From: Octopus bimaculoides
Lineage: Eukaryota
DNA length: 34,888 nucleotides
Assembly (NCBI RefSeq): GCF_001194135.2
Contig: NC_068981.1
Location: 144,028,665-144,063,552, forward strand
Reading direction: 5' to 3'
The notes under the pieces: generated by a model
The model's input: the letters and a program-made list of their open reading frames with translations, nothing else
Told to the model about the DNA's origin: nothing
Database searches by the model: none
Made by a program: the position numbers and the translations under genes
Shown here: in pieces, positions 10,209-22,699 of the stretch
Position numbering within the stretch: the stretch's first letter is position 1
Layout: the number at the start of each line of letters is the position of its first letter

Positions 10209-10685
10209 AACACACATACGCACACATGCATAAGGGGCTCTGGGACATTATCTGCCTACAACATTTCACGCAATCCTATTTTCAAATGTGCTCAAACGTC
10301 TTTCCAAGATTATATCGTCTAATATATCAGAACACCTATTTTTTTAAACGATAATCTGTAATGTGTGTGAGATAATACCTTGTTCCTATTTCTAATATCT
10401 AATATCTTCGAAAAGGTTCCCTTATCGATTCGTTTTTGCTGTTATTATTGTTAAAGGTGATAATGTGCTATTATCTATTAATGCCTGCCCTAATGGAAGA
10501 AGTTAACGTATCGTGTCTTGGCATTAGACATTTTAATGAATTTGCCAGTGGAATCAGTTCAAGGAAATGAAACATTACGTGTTGTATTTACATCGTTGAG
10601 AAGACCTACTCTCAGGGAATGAAGAGTTTTTGCAGTTGCTGGGGCTGGGGGTTGATGCTGGCACTCATGCGGAACATGGTTACTT

Positions 10686-10809
10686 TGATGACGACGACGA
10701 CGACGACAATGATGATGATGACATTTATGATGATGATGACGACAACATTGATGATGATGATGACGACGACGATGATGATGATGTTGACGACGACGTCGAC
10801 GATGACATC

Positions 10810-10888
<79 letters not shown>
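10686..10888. repeat. (GAT/GAC)n trinucleotide microsatellite with degenerate flanks to about 11090
   Basis: Read directly. It produces the poly-D, poly-M and poly-I ORFs in the track. Confidence 0.95.
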
Positions 10889-10890
<2 letters not shown>

Positions 10891-11257
10891 AAGAAGGATT
10901 TGAAGGAAGATGGGGTTAATAATGATGTTCATTATTATGATAATTATGAACAATATCATCTTCATTATCATGATTATAATTATGCGATGAAGGAAAAAAG
11001 ATTGGTGAAGAGGACTATATTGAAGATGATGATTCTGATGGTGATAGCGATAGTGCTAGTGGTGGTGATGGTGGTAGTTGTGTGGGGTTGAGTTGCTGGT
11101 CGTTTGGGTGATAATTACTTCATCTTAATTACTGGTGCAATTATCTTCATTGTTGTCCTCATCAGCGCTGTAAACAAAGCAAATGATGAACCGACTGGAA
11201 AAAGTAGCTAAAATTTACCTCAAATCACGATCTCCTGTTCTCTTAAAATAAAAAAGA

Positions 11258-11630
11258 CACACTGCGTGGAACCGTAGGAAAGTAGTTCTACTATAGCCCC
11301 AGGCCGACCAAAACCTTGTGAGTGGATTGATAGACAGAAACTGAAAGAAGCCCGTCGTATATGTATGTATGTATGTATATATGTATATATTTATGCGTGT
11401 GCGTCTTTGTGTCTGTGTTTGTCCACCCACCTCAGTCACTTGACAACTGATGTTGGTGTGTTTACGTCTCCGTACCAGAGCGATTCGGCAAAGAGAGACC
11501 GATAGAATAAGTACTAGGCTTACAACAAATAAGTCATGGGGTTGATTTGTTCGAATATAGACCCTTTAAGGCGGTGCTCCCGCTTGGTCGCAGTCAAGAG
11601 ACTGAAACGAGCAAAAGAGTTAAAAAGTAT
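11258..11630 (+). mobile_element. SINE family A, 5'-truncated
   Basis: cactgcgtgg...ttctactatagcc...gaaactgaaagaagcccgtcgtat, microsatellite, 3' half to gcaaaagagttaaaaagta. Confidence 0.88.
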
Positions 11631-11955
11631 ATTGAATAATGTAATCCTAGATATAGACTAATTTAAAAAACTGTTTGATCGTGGTGGGAACTCTTTTGAT
11701 GATAATTCACGTCAAGCAAAAAATTCGTGGGAGTAAAAAGCAACAACAACAACAACAATGATTGGATTTACTCAACGAGGAATCTTTTAATAGATCTGCT
11801 AGAAATAGCACCGTCTCAAAATATGCTCCAGTATTGTATAAAAAAGGACACACACCAGTTAATGTAATCCTGGATACGATACGTTTGAAACCAAAACCTG
11901 AGATGGTCATAGATGGAACGCTTTTGATAATATTTATGCTTCATAAAGGTTGACC
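11630..11955 (+). repeat. Two adjacent copies of unclassified dispersed repeat F
   Basis: taatgtaatcct(a/g)gata and cttttgat recur at about 11638/11695 and 11860/11920. The first copy is followed by (CAA)n. The second begins ctgctagaaatagca (11796). Confidence 0.6.
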
Positions 11956-11957
11956 TA

Positions 11958-12346
11958 CTTAACGGCATTTCGTCTGTCTTTACGTTCTGAGTTCAAATTC
12001 CGCCGAGGTCGGCTTTGCCATTCATTCTTTCAGGGTCGATAAATTAAGTACCAGATGCGTACTTAAATTTCGATACTTGTACCTAGAGTAGAAAAGATTA
12101 TCATTATCATTGTTATTATGTACACTTACATAGTGCGGCGAATTGGAAGATTCGTTAGCAGAGAAGGCAAAATGTTCAACAGCATTTTATCTATTGCTAC
12201 GTTCTGAGTTCAAATTCTGTTGAGTACGATTTTGCCTTTCATCCTTTCGAGGTCAATAAATTAAGTACCAGTGAAACACTGGAGAAATGTAATCGACTAG
12301 TACCCTCCCCGCAAAGATTTCAGGCCTTGTGCCTATAGTAGAAAGG

Positions 12347-12388
<42 letters not shown>

Positions 12389-12845
12389 TCAGTGTATAAA
12401 GCAGCAAGCTGGACAAAATGTTCTGCGGCATTCCGTCCATCTTTACGTTCTGACTTCGAATTCCCTCAAGGTTAATTTTGCCTTTCATCCTTTCGAGGTT
12501 GATGAAATCGTACCAGTTAAATACTGTGGTCGAAATAATCAACAAACCTCAACCACTGAAATTTTAGGCTTCTGCGCATAGCAGAAAGGATTATTATTAT
12601 TCCAGTGTTTGAGGCGGCGAGCTGGTTAAATCTTTGGCACGCCAAACAAAATGCTTAACAGCGTTTCGTCTGTCTTTACCTGCTAAGTTCAAATTCTCCC
12701 GATGGCGACTTTGCTTTACATCCTTTCGAGAGTTGATAATATAACTACCAGTTGAGCACTGGGGTTAATATAATCAAGTATCTCCTTCCCTCAAAATTTC
12801 AGGTCTTGTGCTTATAGTACAATGGATTATTTCAATGTATATTTA
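11958..12845 (+). mobile_element. Head-to-tail array of four family-B (b2 tail) SINE units
   Basis: Units at about 11958-12120, 12134-12388, 12389-12601 and 12602-12845. Each has a B-box-like gttc(a/g)aatt, ttgc..t.cat.cttt and a gtgcctatagtagaaaggattatt-like tail. Confidence 0.85.
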
Positions 12846-13090
12846 GTTCTGATTTCAGTGATACTGCGCAATTGTTTTTTGTTGTAAGTGTCGGTGGGGA
12901 TACGGGAATATTGTATTCGTATAGCCACTATCATAGTTGGAGTCGAGAAGTTTACAATATTAGCATCTACATTCGAATTTATAAACCACATGGATCATTG
13001 AAAGTTTGTTCGCAGGTTTACATGACTTTTCTTCGAGTGTTCTTAGAGTTGTGTTAGCTTATCGCTTAGTGAAGCGCATTTCGTGCTGTT

Positions 13091-13768
13091 TACTCTTTTA
13101 CTCTTTTATTTGTTTCAGTCATTTGAATGTGACCATGCTGGAGTACCGCCTTTAGTCGAGCAAATCGACCCCAGGACTTATTCTTTGTAAGCCTAGTACT
13201 TGTTCTATCGGTCTCTTAGGCCGAACCGTTAAGTTACGGAAACGTAAACACACCATCATCGGTTGTCAAGCGATGGTGGGGGGGGGGACAAACACAGACA
13301 CACAAACACATACGAGCATACATACATATATATATATATATANNNNNNNNNNNNNNNNNNNNNNNNNNNNNNNNNNNNNNNNNNNNNNNNNNNNNNNNNN
13401 NNNNNNNNNNNNNNNNNNNNNNNNNNNNNNNNNNNNNNNNNNNNNNNNNNNNNNNNNNNNNNNNNNNNNNNNNNNNNNNNNNNNNNNNNNNNNNNNNNNN
13501 NNNNNNNNNNNNNNNNNNNNNNNNNNNNNNNNNNNNNNNNNNNNNNNNNNNNNNNNNNNNNNNNNNNNNNNNNNNNNNNNNNNNNNNNNNNNNATATATA
13601 TGTACGATGGGCTTCTTTCAGTTCCCGTCTACCAAATCCATTCACAAGACTTTGGTTGGCCCGGGGCTATAGTAGAAGACACTTGCCCAAGGTGCCACAC
13701 AGTGGGACTGAACCCGGAACTATGTGGTTGGTAAGCAAGCTGCTTACCACACAGCCACTCCTGCGCCT
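13091..13768 (-). mobile_element. Full-length SINE family A with a gap in its central microsatellite
   Basis: Head aggcgcaggagtggctgtgtggtaag...gggttcagtccc at 13768-13700. 3' half at 13091-13310. N-run 13343-13593 lies in the (TA)n centre. Confidence 0.93.
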
Positions 13769-13799
13769 GTTTGTAGAAAACTTTTCTATTATATTTTTG

Positions 13800-14385
13800 T
13801 AGATTATATAATTAGTAAGTATTTGATTCATATATTGCACATTGGGGAGTTCATGTAGTTTAATATCTTTATTCCCTGAATTTCTTACTCCAGTGTTTTG
13901 ATTGCGACGAAGAATCTAAATATTTTTTGATGTAGGGAATTTTGCAACTAACTTCTACATTTCTATGAACACGTTGTCTACACGTAAATATATGAATTCA
14001 TTGAGTATGCGACATCTTGGCACAACTATTTTGGCCCCACCTATTTGGCGTTGCAGATTCGACACCGACTTATTTGACATTAGAAGCTTTATCCCCGATG
14101 CCTTTTAGTTTTCTATTGTGGTCATATAGAACGACGTATACATGGGCCATAAAGAGGAAATTTATGGCTACTCTAATATTGGTTGTATAATTTGCTTTGT
14201 GGACAGCGACTGAGTAAGTCTTTTGGACTGGACATTACTAATTTCTTCAGTACATTAGCTCGCGTTATGATTGCTTATATTCTTTAGTGCTTGTATATAT
14301 TATTTAGTATGGTTTTTATTATTTCTGCTGGTGGGACATTGGTAACGGCAAACACATTCTACGTCTAAGATGAAAATAGTACTTA
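13800..14385 (-). pseudogene. Penelope-like retroelement reverse transcriptase relic (type 1)
   Basis: Frameshifted reverse-strand motifs in the correct order: ILDVE, TNVPPAEIIKTILNNIYKH, RCPQSKLYNQ, SSLWPMYTSFYMTTIEN, IYLRVDNVFI. These correspond to PLE SLDVESLFTNVP, LYKQ.DGVAMGSPLGP..ANFYM..E and YVDD. Confidence 0.7.
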
Positions 14386-14952
14386 CTTTATAGAGTTTTT
14401 CATTCTAAAGATCTTTAGGACATTTTTGGATGACCGCATATTGTATTTCGTTACTATGTATTATTCAATAGTGCTATCCATGTCTTTAGCAATCATGTGT
14501 GATGATTTTTCCGTTTACTTACCATGCACTTACAACGAAGTAATTGTAATGTCACACCATATCACACAAAACAGAGCAAAATTGCATAGTAATGCATTAG
14601 TGAACACCACTTCTATATTTCACAGAATTCCCTTTATAACTGATTGATTATGGAAGCACAGTGCTTAAATGAACACACAGACAACATACACTAGATGTTA
14701 AAAACAAAAACATCTGCCTCATGATTTGTATGTCTAACGGCCAAAATTTAACATTCAGAATTCATTGTGTACACTAACAATATTGGTCAAAGAGACCTCG
14801 ACAAGCGCCAACATCAATTCCTCCTCAATGAGAATCTATGAAGATGTAGAAATCTTGAGAGCCATACAGAAACTTAATGTTCAACACAAATTGCAAAGAA
14901 GTCAAAAACGAATTCATGAGAAAATGCACTTTTTAAGATAAAAAGATTTATA

Positions 14953-14994
<42 letters not shown>

Positions 14995-15045
14995 NNNNNN
15001 NNNNNNNNNNNNNNNNNNNNNNNNNNNNNNNNNNNNNNNNNNNNN

Positions 15046-15100
<55 letters not shown>

Positions 15101-17117
15101 CACACACAAACATGCATATATTTTCTTTCTCCTTCTTCCTACCAATAAGTGCTTCCTCTACCTCTTCTATATAGTGTGTGTATACATACATATACATATA
15201 CATATATGTATATAGATATATATCTATAGAGAGAGAGACGGGGAGAGAGAGAGAAAGAGAGAGACTTAAGTTGGTTAAGTCTTTTAAACAACAACCTCCC
15301 TGTAAAATTGGGAAGCTACAAAAGTTACTGTAAATTTCTTCATGTGTATTTGTACATGTCATCTAAGCACAATCGAACATTAATTTCACTCCTCTCTCAA
15401 TCATTCGCATTAATCAGACTGTTCATTCTCTTCAACTTAATAAATAAAACGAGTTATTTTTTCTAATTGAAAAACAGAAAGAGTTAGAAATATCTTACCG
15501 TAGCAAATCACAGCGATATAATTCACATAAATGCATGTGGAGTAATTTAGTCGTAGTTCTGACACTTCGGCAAACATAAAGCCGAGTTACATTGAAATAT
15601 TGACTCGCTGGTGTCGTTATTTAATTTTTTAACTTTCTTTTCGAATGCTTCGTAGTTTAGTAGTAAAATGTTCATTATTTTACTTCTTTGCTCAATTCAC
15701 GCCAACACTAACACTCTCAATAGACACACATATAGAGAGAGAAAAAGAGAAGAGGAAGAGAGAAATGAAGAAGTGAATGAAGGAAAGGACGGAAATTCGG
15801 AAAGAGATTTACGATAAAGCGAAGTTAATTTTTTCAAGTAATTTCTCTGCAACGCCCAAACAACCTTCAAGACAATCAACGTAACTATTCCAATTAGACT
15901 AGAATCTATTCTGCTACTGATGTGGAATCAATCTTTGGAGAGAAAACTTTATAAACAGAAATTTTCAGTTATCTTTGCATTCAAATTTATAACACGAACA
16001 CAAATTAATTTTAGTAAGATAGGGAATGATAACATTAATGAATTTTTATATTAGTTATAATAACAAAGAATTATGATTATTATCATCTTTATAATTATTA
16101 AAAGTTACAACAAAATATCATTACTGACAGTATTAATAAAATTACTAATAATCATTTGTAATTAGTAAAAATATAATTTTTTTAATAACAAAATTATTAA
16201 TGAAATAATTACCATTATTATTTGACAGATCACTTCAGGGTTTTCTGTCCTCTTGAAAATAAAAAAAAAATTTTAAATAATATGCTCTACTCTTAAAAAT
16301 TTGAATTAAAATTGAAGCAGCTATATCAAGGATGTCAGCAAAAGCAACATCAACCATAGTAATACCAAATGACACAACTTCAACAAGGAGCCTCTACGTA
16401 ATATTTTTACTTGCTACAAATCGCTGTTAAATCTCCCTCAAAGCACATCTCGAATAAACCAAAAGATACATCAGATGGTGCAGAAATGCCTATAGTCACC
16501 TTCATTTCACGTTGCTCTATTTTATTCTGCTGTAGTGAGTATTCATCGAGCGCTGACGCAGCCCTCTCTCCTTCCTTCACAATTCTCCTTCACAATTTCC
16601 TTCTTTCCCTCTCTCCTTCACAATTTCCACACTTCGACTCGATCGAGTGTGAAGGGGACAAGCAGAGTATGTCTACTCGAAACGACATAAACACCAAAAA
16701 ATGTTAGCGAAAGCATGGTACTTGTTGCCAAAGTATATTCGATCGCTAGTAATGTTATTATATCATTTGAGACAGATCATGCTGTTTACGGAATCAATTG
16801 TAAAAACTGCTTTCTCGTCTTTCTTCAACAAGGAATCTGGGGTGCTCATGCTGTGTTGCTACTCTTTTCGTCGAAGTTTAGCTCGAAAATTAGTTGTGAC
16901 TCAGTAGCTCTACAATCAAAGATGTTTCCACTGTGATCTTCTCATGAATACGTGTGTGTGTGTGTACACAAAGATGCATATATAGACATGCATACATACA
17001 TGTATGTATGTGCGTACGTATGTATGTCATTAAATATATAGAGTATACCATACCTACGTATGTATATGTATATATATATATGTGTGTGTGCGTGTGTGTG
17101 TGTTTGTGTGTGTTTGT

Positions 17118-17166
<49 letters not shown>

Positions 17167-17220
17167 GTATGTATGTACGTACATACGTACGGACGTATGA
17201 ATGTATGTGTGTGTATATGT

Positions 17221-17293
17221 CATTGTTCAGTTTTCTTTCAAGATTTCTTGCCAATAGAGAAAGAGCCAGTTTCTAACCTAGATCCAAGGCTCC
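17221..17293. repeat. Unclassified dispersed repeat E, copy 2
   Basis: 67/73 nt identical to 4650-4722. Confidence 0.85.
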
Positions 17294-17416
17294 TGTATGT
17301 ATGCATGTATGTATGTGTGTATGTATGTATGTATGTATGTATGTATGTATGTATGAAAGAGACTACAGTGTTCCACAGTTGCCTTTCATTTCTTTCTTCC
17401 TGGTTTCTATTTACAG

Positions 17417-17506
17417 CAATTCAAGCGGAACGTTAAATATATCAATCTCGCAGGTGTCGGAAGACCAGCAAAGACCATTTACACTGCTCCCCTTCTTCCA
17501 GTCACG
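17417..17506 (+). CDS. Candidate internal exon (90 bp), product unknown
   Basis: Strong pyrimidine tract + acag acceptor, weak gtagat donor. Frame 0 gives QFKRNVKYINLAGVGRPAKTIYTAPLLPVT, and frame 1 is also open. No homology recognised. Confidence 0.3.
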
Positions 17507-18092
17507 GTAGATTAGAATAAAAAAAGAAAGCTTTTAGGTGCATTGGTATGAAATTCGATGTAGAAACAATGTGCAGAAGTAATCTTGGAGAGAAGGCAAA
17601 TAATTAGAACCACAAATATCATGTTAGATAATGAGAGAGAGATAAGAAAATTAGAGTAAACACAGACTTATAAATATTTCATAATTAATGAGACTAGACG
17701 GAGAACTGTAGACGCAAATGAAAGAAAAGGTTAGAAAGCATTTTCAGAAATTAAATGCAAAAATAAGATAATAATCATCAATACTCAATATTTCAGTTAT
17801 AAGTTTTACTGGTGATATTATTAACTGGTAGTCAAAGGAATTAACAAAGGCTAGATAGGAAAACAAGAAAATAGCGACTGCATTTAGTACGCACTATCCA
17901 AAAGCCGACACAGAAAGACTATATAAAACGAATACATTTGCTATTGTTGAGTTTAGAGCTTTCCGTAGATTATCATCCACAACTGTTTCCATTATAGTGG
18001 TATAGTTACTTCTATACATAGTAGTATTACTAGTTATGATATACAAAGCAAATGTGATAAGCATTTGTTAAGACCTTTGTTCTCTGCAGGAT

Positions 18093-18479
18093 GTGGAGGC
18101 GCAATGGCCCAGTGATTAGGGCAGCGGACTCGCGGTCGTAGGATCGCAGTTTCGATTCCCAGATCAGGCGTTGTGAGTGTTTATTGAGCGAAAACACCTA
18201 AAGCTCCACGAGGCTCCGGCAGGAGATGGTGGCGAACCCTGCTGTACTCTTTCGCCACAACTTTCTCTCATTCTTACTTCCTGTTTCTGTTGTGCCTGTA
18301 ATTCAAAGGGCCAGCCTTGTTAGGCTATGTGTCACGCTGAATATCCCCGAGAACTGCGTTAAGGGTACACGTGTCTGTGGAGTGCTCAGCCATTTACACG
18401 TAAATTTCACGAGCAGGCTGTTCCGTTGATCGGATCAACTGGAACCCTCGTCGTCGTAAGCGACGGAGTGCCAACAACC
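18093..18479 (+). mobile_element. Full-length tRNA(Arg)-like SINE family D with 11-bp TSD
   Basis: tRNA-like head ggaggcgcaatggcccagtg...gtttcgattccc, tail ...cgacggagtgccaacaac. TSD ctctgcaggat at 18082-18092 and 18480-18490. Confidence 0.95.
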
Positions 18480-19582
18480 CTCTGCAGGATAATATAATAT
18501 AGTGTCCTCCTGATGATACGTTGCCCCTTGGTTTCCAACGCTCTCGTTCCAAACACCCACAACGGTGAAACGTACGNNNNNNNNNNNNNNNNNNNNNNNN
18601 NNNNNNNNNNNNNNNNNNNNNNNNNNNNNNNNNNNNNNNNNNNNNNNNNNNNNNNNNNNNNNNNNNNNNNNNNNNNNNNNNNNNNNNNNNNNNNNNNNNN
18701 NNNNNNNNNNNNNNNNNNNNNNNNNNNNNNNNNNNNNNNNNNNNNNNNNNNNNNNNNNNNNNNNNNNNNNNNNNNNNNNNNNNNNNNNNNNNNNNNNNNN
18801 NNNNNNNNNNNNNNNNNNNNNNNNNNNNNNNNNNNNNNNNNNNNNNNNNNNNNNNNNNNNNNNNNNNNNNNNNNNNNNNNNNNNNNNNNNNNNNNNNNNN
18901 NNNNNNNNNNNNNNNNNNNNNNNNNNNNNNNNNNNNNNNNNNNNNNNNNNNNNNNNNNNNNNNNNNNNNNNNNNNNNNNNNNNNNNNNNNNNNNNNNNNN
19001 NNNNNNNNNNNNNNNNNNNNNNNNNNNNNNNNNNNNNNNNNNNNNNNNNNNNNNNNNNNNNNNNNNNNNNNNNNNNNNNNNNNNNNNNNNNNNNNNNNNN
19101 NNNNNNNNNNNNNNNNNNNNNNNNNNNNNNNNNNNNNNNNNNNNNNNNNNNNNNNNNNNNNNNNNNNNNNNNNNNNNNNNNNNNNNNNNNNNNNNNNNNN
19201 NNNNNNNNNNNNNNNNNNNNNNNNNNNNNNNNNNNNNNNNNNNNNNNNNNNNNNNNNNNNNNNNNNNNNNNNNNNNNNNNNNNNNNNNNNNNNNNNNNNN
19301 NNNNNNNNNNNNNNNNNNNNNNNNNNNNNNNNNNNNNNNNNNNNNNNNNNNNNNNNNNNNNNNNNNNNNNNNNNNNNNNNNNNNNNNNNNNNNNNNNNNN
19401 NNNNNNNNNNNNNNNNNNNNNNNNNNNNNNNNNNNNNNNNNNNNNNNNNNNNNNNNNNNNNNNNNNNNNNNNNNNNNNNNNNNNNNNNNNNNNTTGCAAT
19501 TGTCTGATAATACATAGATTTGCCCACATGCATAAATAAATTAACATCGATATTTTTATCACCGTTGCTTCAATCAACTGAA

Positions 19583-20595
19583 ATGGAACTATCAAAGCGC
19601 GATATTCGGCTTCAAAAAAGGACGTAAAGCAGCTGAAACTGCATGTGATATCAACGAAACGTTTGGTGAGGAAATGACCAGTGAGTGGTCAGCTTGAAAA
19701 TGGGTTAAACAGTTTTGCAGTGGAGGCCTGAGCCTTGAAGATCGTGAGCGTAGTAGACGCCCATCTGTCAGCGATGACGGTCAATTAAAGACTGTCTTTA
19801 AGAAAGATCCACGTAAAACCACTCGAGAACTAGCAAAAGAACTTTAAGTTAGCCAGAAAACTGCCTGCAACTATCTGCATGCAATCGGAAAATCAAAAAA
19901 GCTTGATAAATGGGCACCACACGATTTGAATGAAAATCAGAAAATGCGCAGATATGAAATTTGCTCGTCGCTTCTTCTCCGCAACCAGACCGATCCATTT
20001 CTCGACCGTATTGTAACTTGCGATGAAAAGTGGATTCTGTATAATAATAGAAAAACGTTCTTCACAGTAGTTGGACCAACATGAAGCACCGAAAACCTTA
20101 CCTAAATCCGAGCTCTTCAAAAAGAAGGTTATGGTGTCTGTTTGGTGGTGTACTGCTCGACTCATCCACTATAACTTCTTAAAACCCGGAAATATTATTA
20201 CAGCAGAAACATATTGCCATTGAATTGCCAAAATGAACGAAAAACTACTACTCCTCCGTCCCAGAATGGTCAACAGAAGAGGGCCAATCATTCTTCATGA
20301 CAATGCTCGATCACACGTTTCACTAATGATGCTCCAGAAGCTGAGAGAAATTGGCTTCGAAGTTCTTCCCTACCCAACTTATTCCCCAGACCTTTCTCCT
20401 ACCGACTACCACTTTTTCAAGCATCTTGATGGTTTCCTTCGAGAGAAGGAGTTCAAAAATCGAACTGATGCTGAAAATGCGTTCAAAGAGTTCATCAGCA
20501 CCAGAACTTCAGATTTTTATGTTACCGGAATAAACAAACTTGTAACTCGTTGGCAAAAATGTGTTGATTGTAATGGTACTTACTTTGATGAATAA
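19583..20595 (+). pseudogene. mariner transposase pseudogene (D,D34D; Hsmar1/cecropia-like)
   Basis: MELSKRDIR...KGRKAAET...LED.ERS.RP...KLDKWAPHDL...FLDRIVTCDEKWILY...HDNARSH...YSPDLSPTDYHFFKHL...RWQKCVDCNGTYFDE*. There are 34 residues between the last two Asp. It carries two frameshifts and several stops. TIRs are not visible, and both sides run into N-gaps. Confidence 0.95.
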
Positions 20596-21444
20596 AATTT
20601 CCACATTCTTGAAATATATTGGGATGANNNNNNNNNNNNNNNNNNNNNNNNNNNNNNNNNNNNNNNNNNNNNNNNNNNNNNNNNNNNNNNNNNNNNNNNN
20701 NNNNNNNNNNNNNNNNNNNNNNNNNNNNNNNNNNNNNNNNNNNNNNNNNNNNNNNNNNNNNNNNNNNNNNNNNNNNNNNNNNNNNNNNNNNNNNNNNNNN
20801 NNNNNNNNNNNNNNNNNNNNNNNNNNNNNNNNNNNNNNNNNNNNNNNNNNNNNNNNNNNNNNNNNNNNNNNNNNNNNNNNNNNNNNNNNNNNNNNNNNNN
20901 NNNNNNNNNNNNNNNNNNNNNNNNNNNNNNNNNNNNNNNNNNNNNNNNNNNNNNNNNNNNNNNNNNNNNNNNNNNNNNNNNNNNNNNNNNNNNNNNNNNN
21001 NNNNNNNNNNNNNNNNNNNNNNNNNNNNNNNNNNNNNNNNNNNNNNNNNNNNNNNNNNNNNNNNNNNNNNNNNNNNNNNNNNNNNNNNNNNNNNNNNNNN
21101 NNNNNNNNNNNNNNNNNNNNNNNNNNNNNNNNNNNNNNNNNNNNNNNNNNNNNNTATATATATATATATATATATATATCACACTTTCACACACAGACAC
21201 ACACCCATACACACAAACGTTCGCAAAGTGGAACGAGTTAGCAAGCTGTGATGAAGAGAAGAAATGTAAATTTTTGTGCAGAGCTCTTCATTAGAATGAG
21301 CAATTACTAACAATTCACAAATTATAAGTATATTCGTGAATGTGCTGGAAGAAGAGTTAATTGCTTTTTTTTCTGTTGTTATTGTATGACGTCTAGTAGA
21401 TACAGTTCTTGGCTCTGCTGTTTTCTTTTCCCTCTTTTATTTAG

Positions 21445-21520
21445 CACCAGATCAATGGTGAACAAACTGTAATTATCAAGGGCGCACCTGCAGTGACTGT
21501 CACGACTTTTTTACGTCGAG
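21445..21520 (+). CDS. Candidate internal exon, product unknown
   Basis: Long pyrimidine tract + tttag acceptor. Only frame 0 is open (HQINGEQTVIIKGAPAVTVTTFLRR). The donor is uncertain (gtaatt at 21469 or gtctgc at 21521). Confidence 0.25.
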
Positions 21521-21992
21521 GTCTGCATATTCCCATATACAGAGATTCAATTTTTTTTATTTAAGACGTTGTATTGTTGTTATTTAGAAAGAATTAGTTT
21601 TGTCCGGTAATAGAGAAAGATATATTGATCGTGATTGTGTGAGATGAGGGAGGTGACATGGTTAATCAAGAAGTGAAGAGTTAAGACAGAGAGAGAATAA
21701 TATAGAGAAGAAATACATGTGAGCGAAAAAAAATGAATATGATGAGTTTGGTGGTCCAGGTTCAAAGAAGAGAAAAAAGGAGTTAGTCAGAGTCTCATGG
21801 TTTTGTTTTGTCTAAGTTCACAATTACGCATTATGGATTAAAAGAATGCATTAGTTACTGTAGTCCAGACATACCTAAAAACACGATGATCGTAGCTAGA
21901 ATATCTTTGACAAGAGCAGATCAGGAAATTAGGAGCTAAATAACAACAGCAGCTTTGACAACAACCAATTGTATTAAATACAAAATCTTCAG

Positions 21993-22043
21993 ATAAAAGA
22001 CCAAGCGCTGAGAGAGAACAGAAGAGTTACAGAGCATGCAAAG
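21993..22043 (+). CDS. Candidate 51-bp exon, product unknown
   Basis: cttcag acceptor (weak tract), aag|gtacgc donor. Frame 0 gives IKDQALRENRRVTEHAK. Confidence 0.2.
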
Positions 22044-22699
22044 GTACGCCTCCTGTCGATTCCTCTTCACGAGTTAAGGGTGGTGTATGAAATTGTAGTG
22101 TTTAAGTGGAAAAGGTATGCATAGAGACCGAAGAAGGTCACCCTGGTTAATGCATTCCTAGATTGCCTTAAAATAGACGGCTTGGTGATGGATGAAGTGC
22201 TTTAGATCAGATCATAGGTTTAATCTATTTAGCTTCAAATGAAATTAAACAGCAATTTCTGTGGCTGCCATCCAACACAAGTTCACAAAGCAGAGAGATT
22301 TATAAACCAAGTGTAATGAACAACAGCACTATTGAACATCAATTGTGGAAAAGCTCTCGCGTAGTGACAACATTAGCTTAATGCTTCTGATGGAGGTTTT
22401 GGTGTCTATTATCACAGCTATTGCTTATTAGTTGAAGCAACTACAGATGTTCATTAGAAACATTAAGCTAACTTTAAATAACAGTAATGACAACAACACT
22501 AGCAACAGCAGCGGCAATAACAACAGCAGTTTTTCTCTTAGACCCTCAACTCCTGATGGCGTCGTTCGGGCCCCATCTTGACATATGAAGAGGGTTATTT
22601 TAGGCATATTAAACCTGCCAGAGCACTTCCTTCTCCAGACCTTAATGTAGTCGTTTCTATAAAGAAAGAAATAGTGAGAGAGAAAAAATCTACACCACT

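Noticed and set aside
10630-11091. 153-aa Asp-rich ORF (acidic, biomineralisation-like appearance) and the overlapping poly-Met and poly-Ile ORFs
   Set aside because: It arises from a (GAT/GAC)n microsatellite with degenerate flanks. Several frames are open for the same reason, and there is no signal peptide or clear splice context.
11958-12845. CRISPR-like repeat array
   Set aside because: The units are diverged SINE monomers of about 210-250 bp in eukaryotic DNA, with no repeat-spacer structure and no cas genes.
14516-15560. Minus-strand donors (gtaagt at 14516-14533, gtaaga at about 15493-15498) with short hydrophobic frames
   Set aside because: Acceptors are weak, AT-rich DNA translates as hydrophobic by chance and no homology is recognised.
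18508-18545. ctgatga followed by a cgttg/caacg stem
   Set aside because: No GAAA follows the stem.
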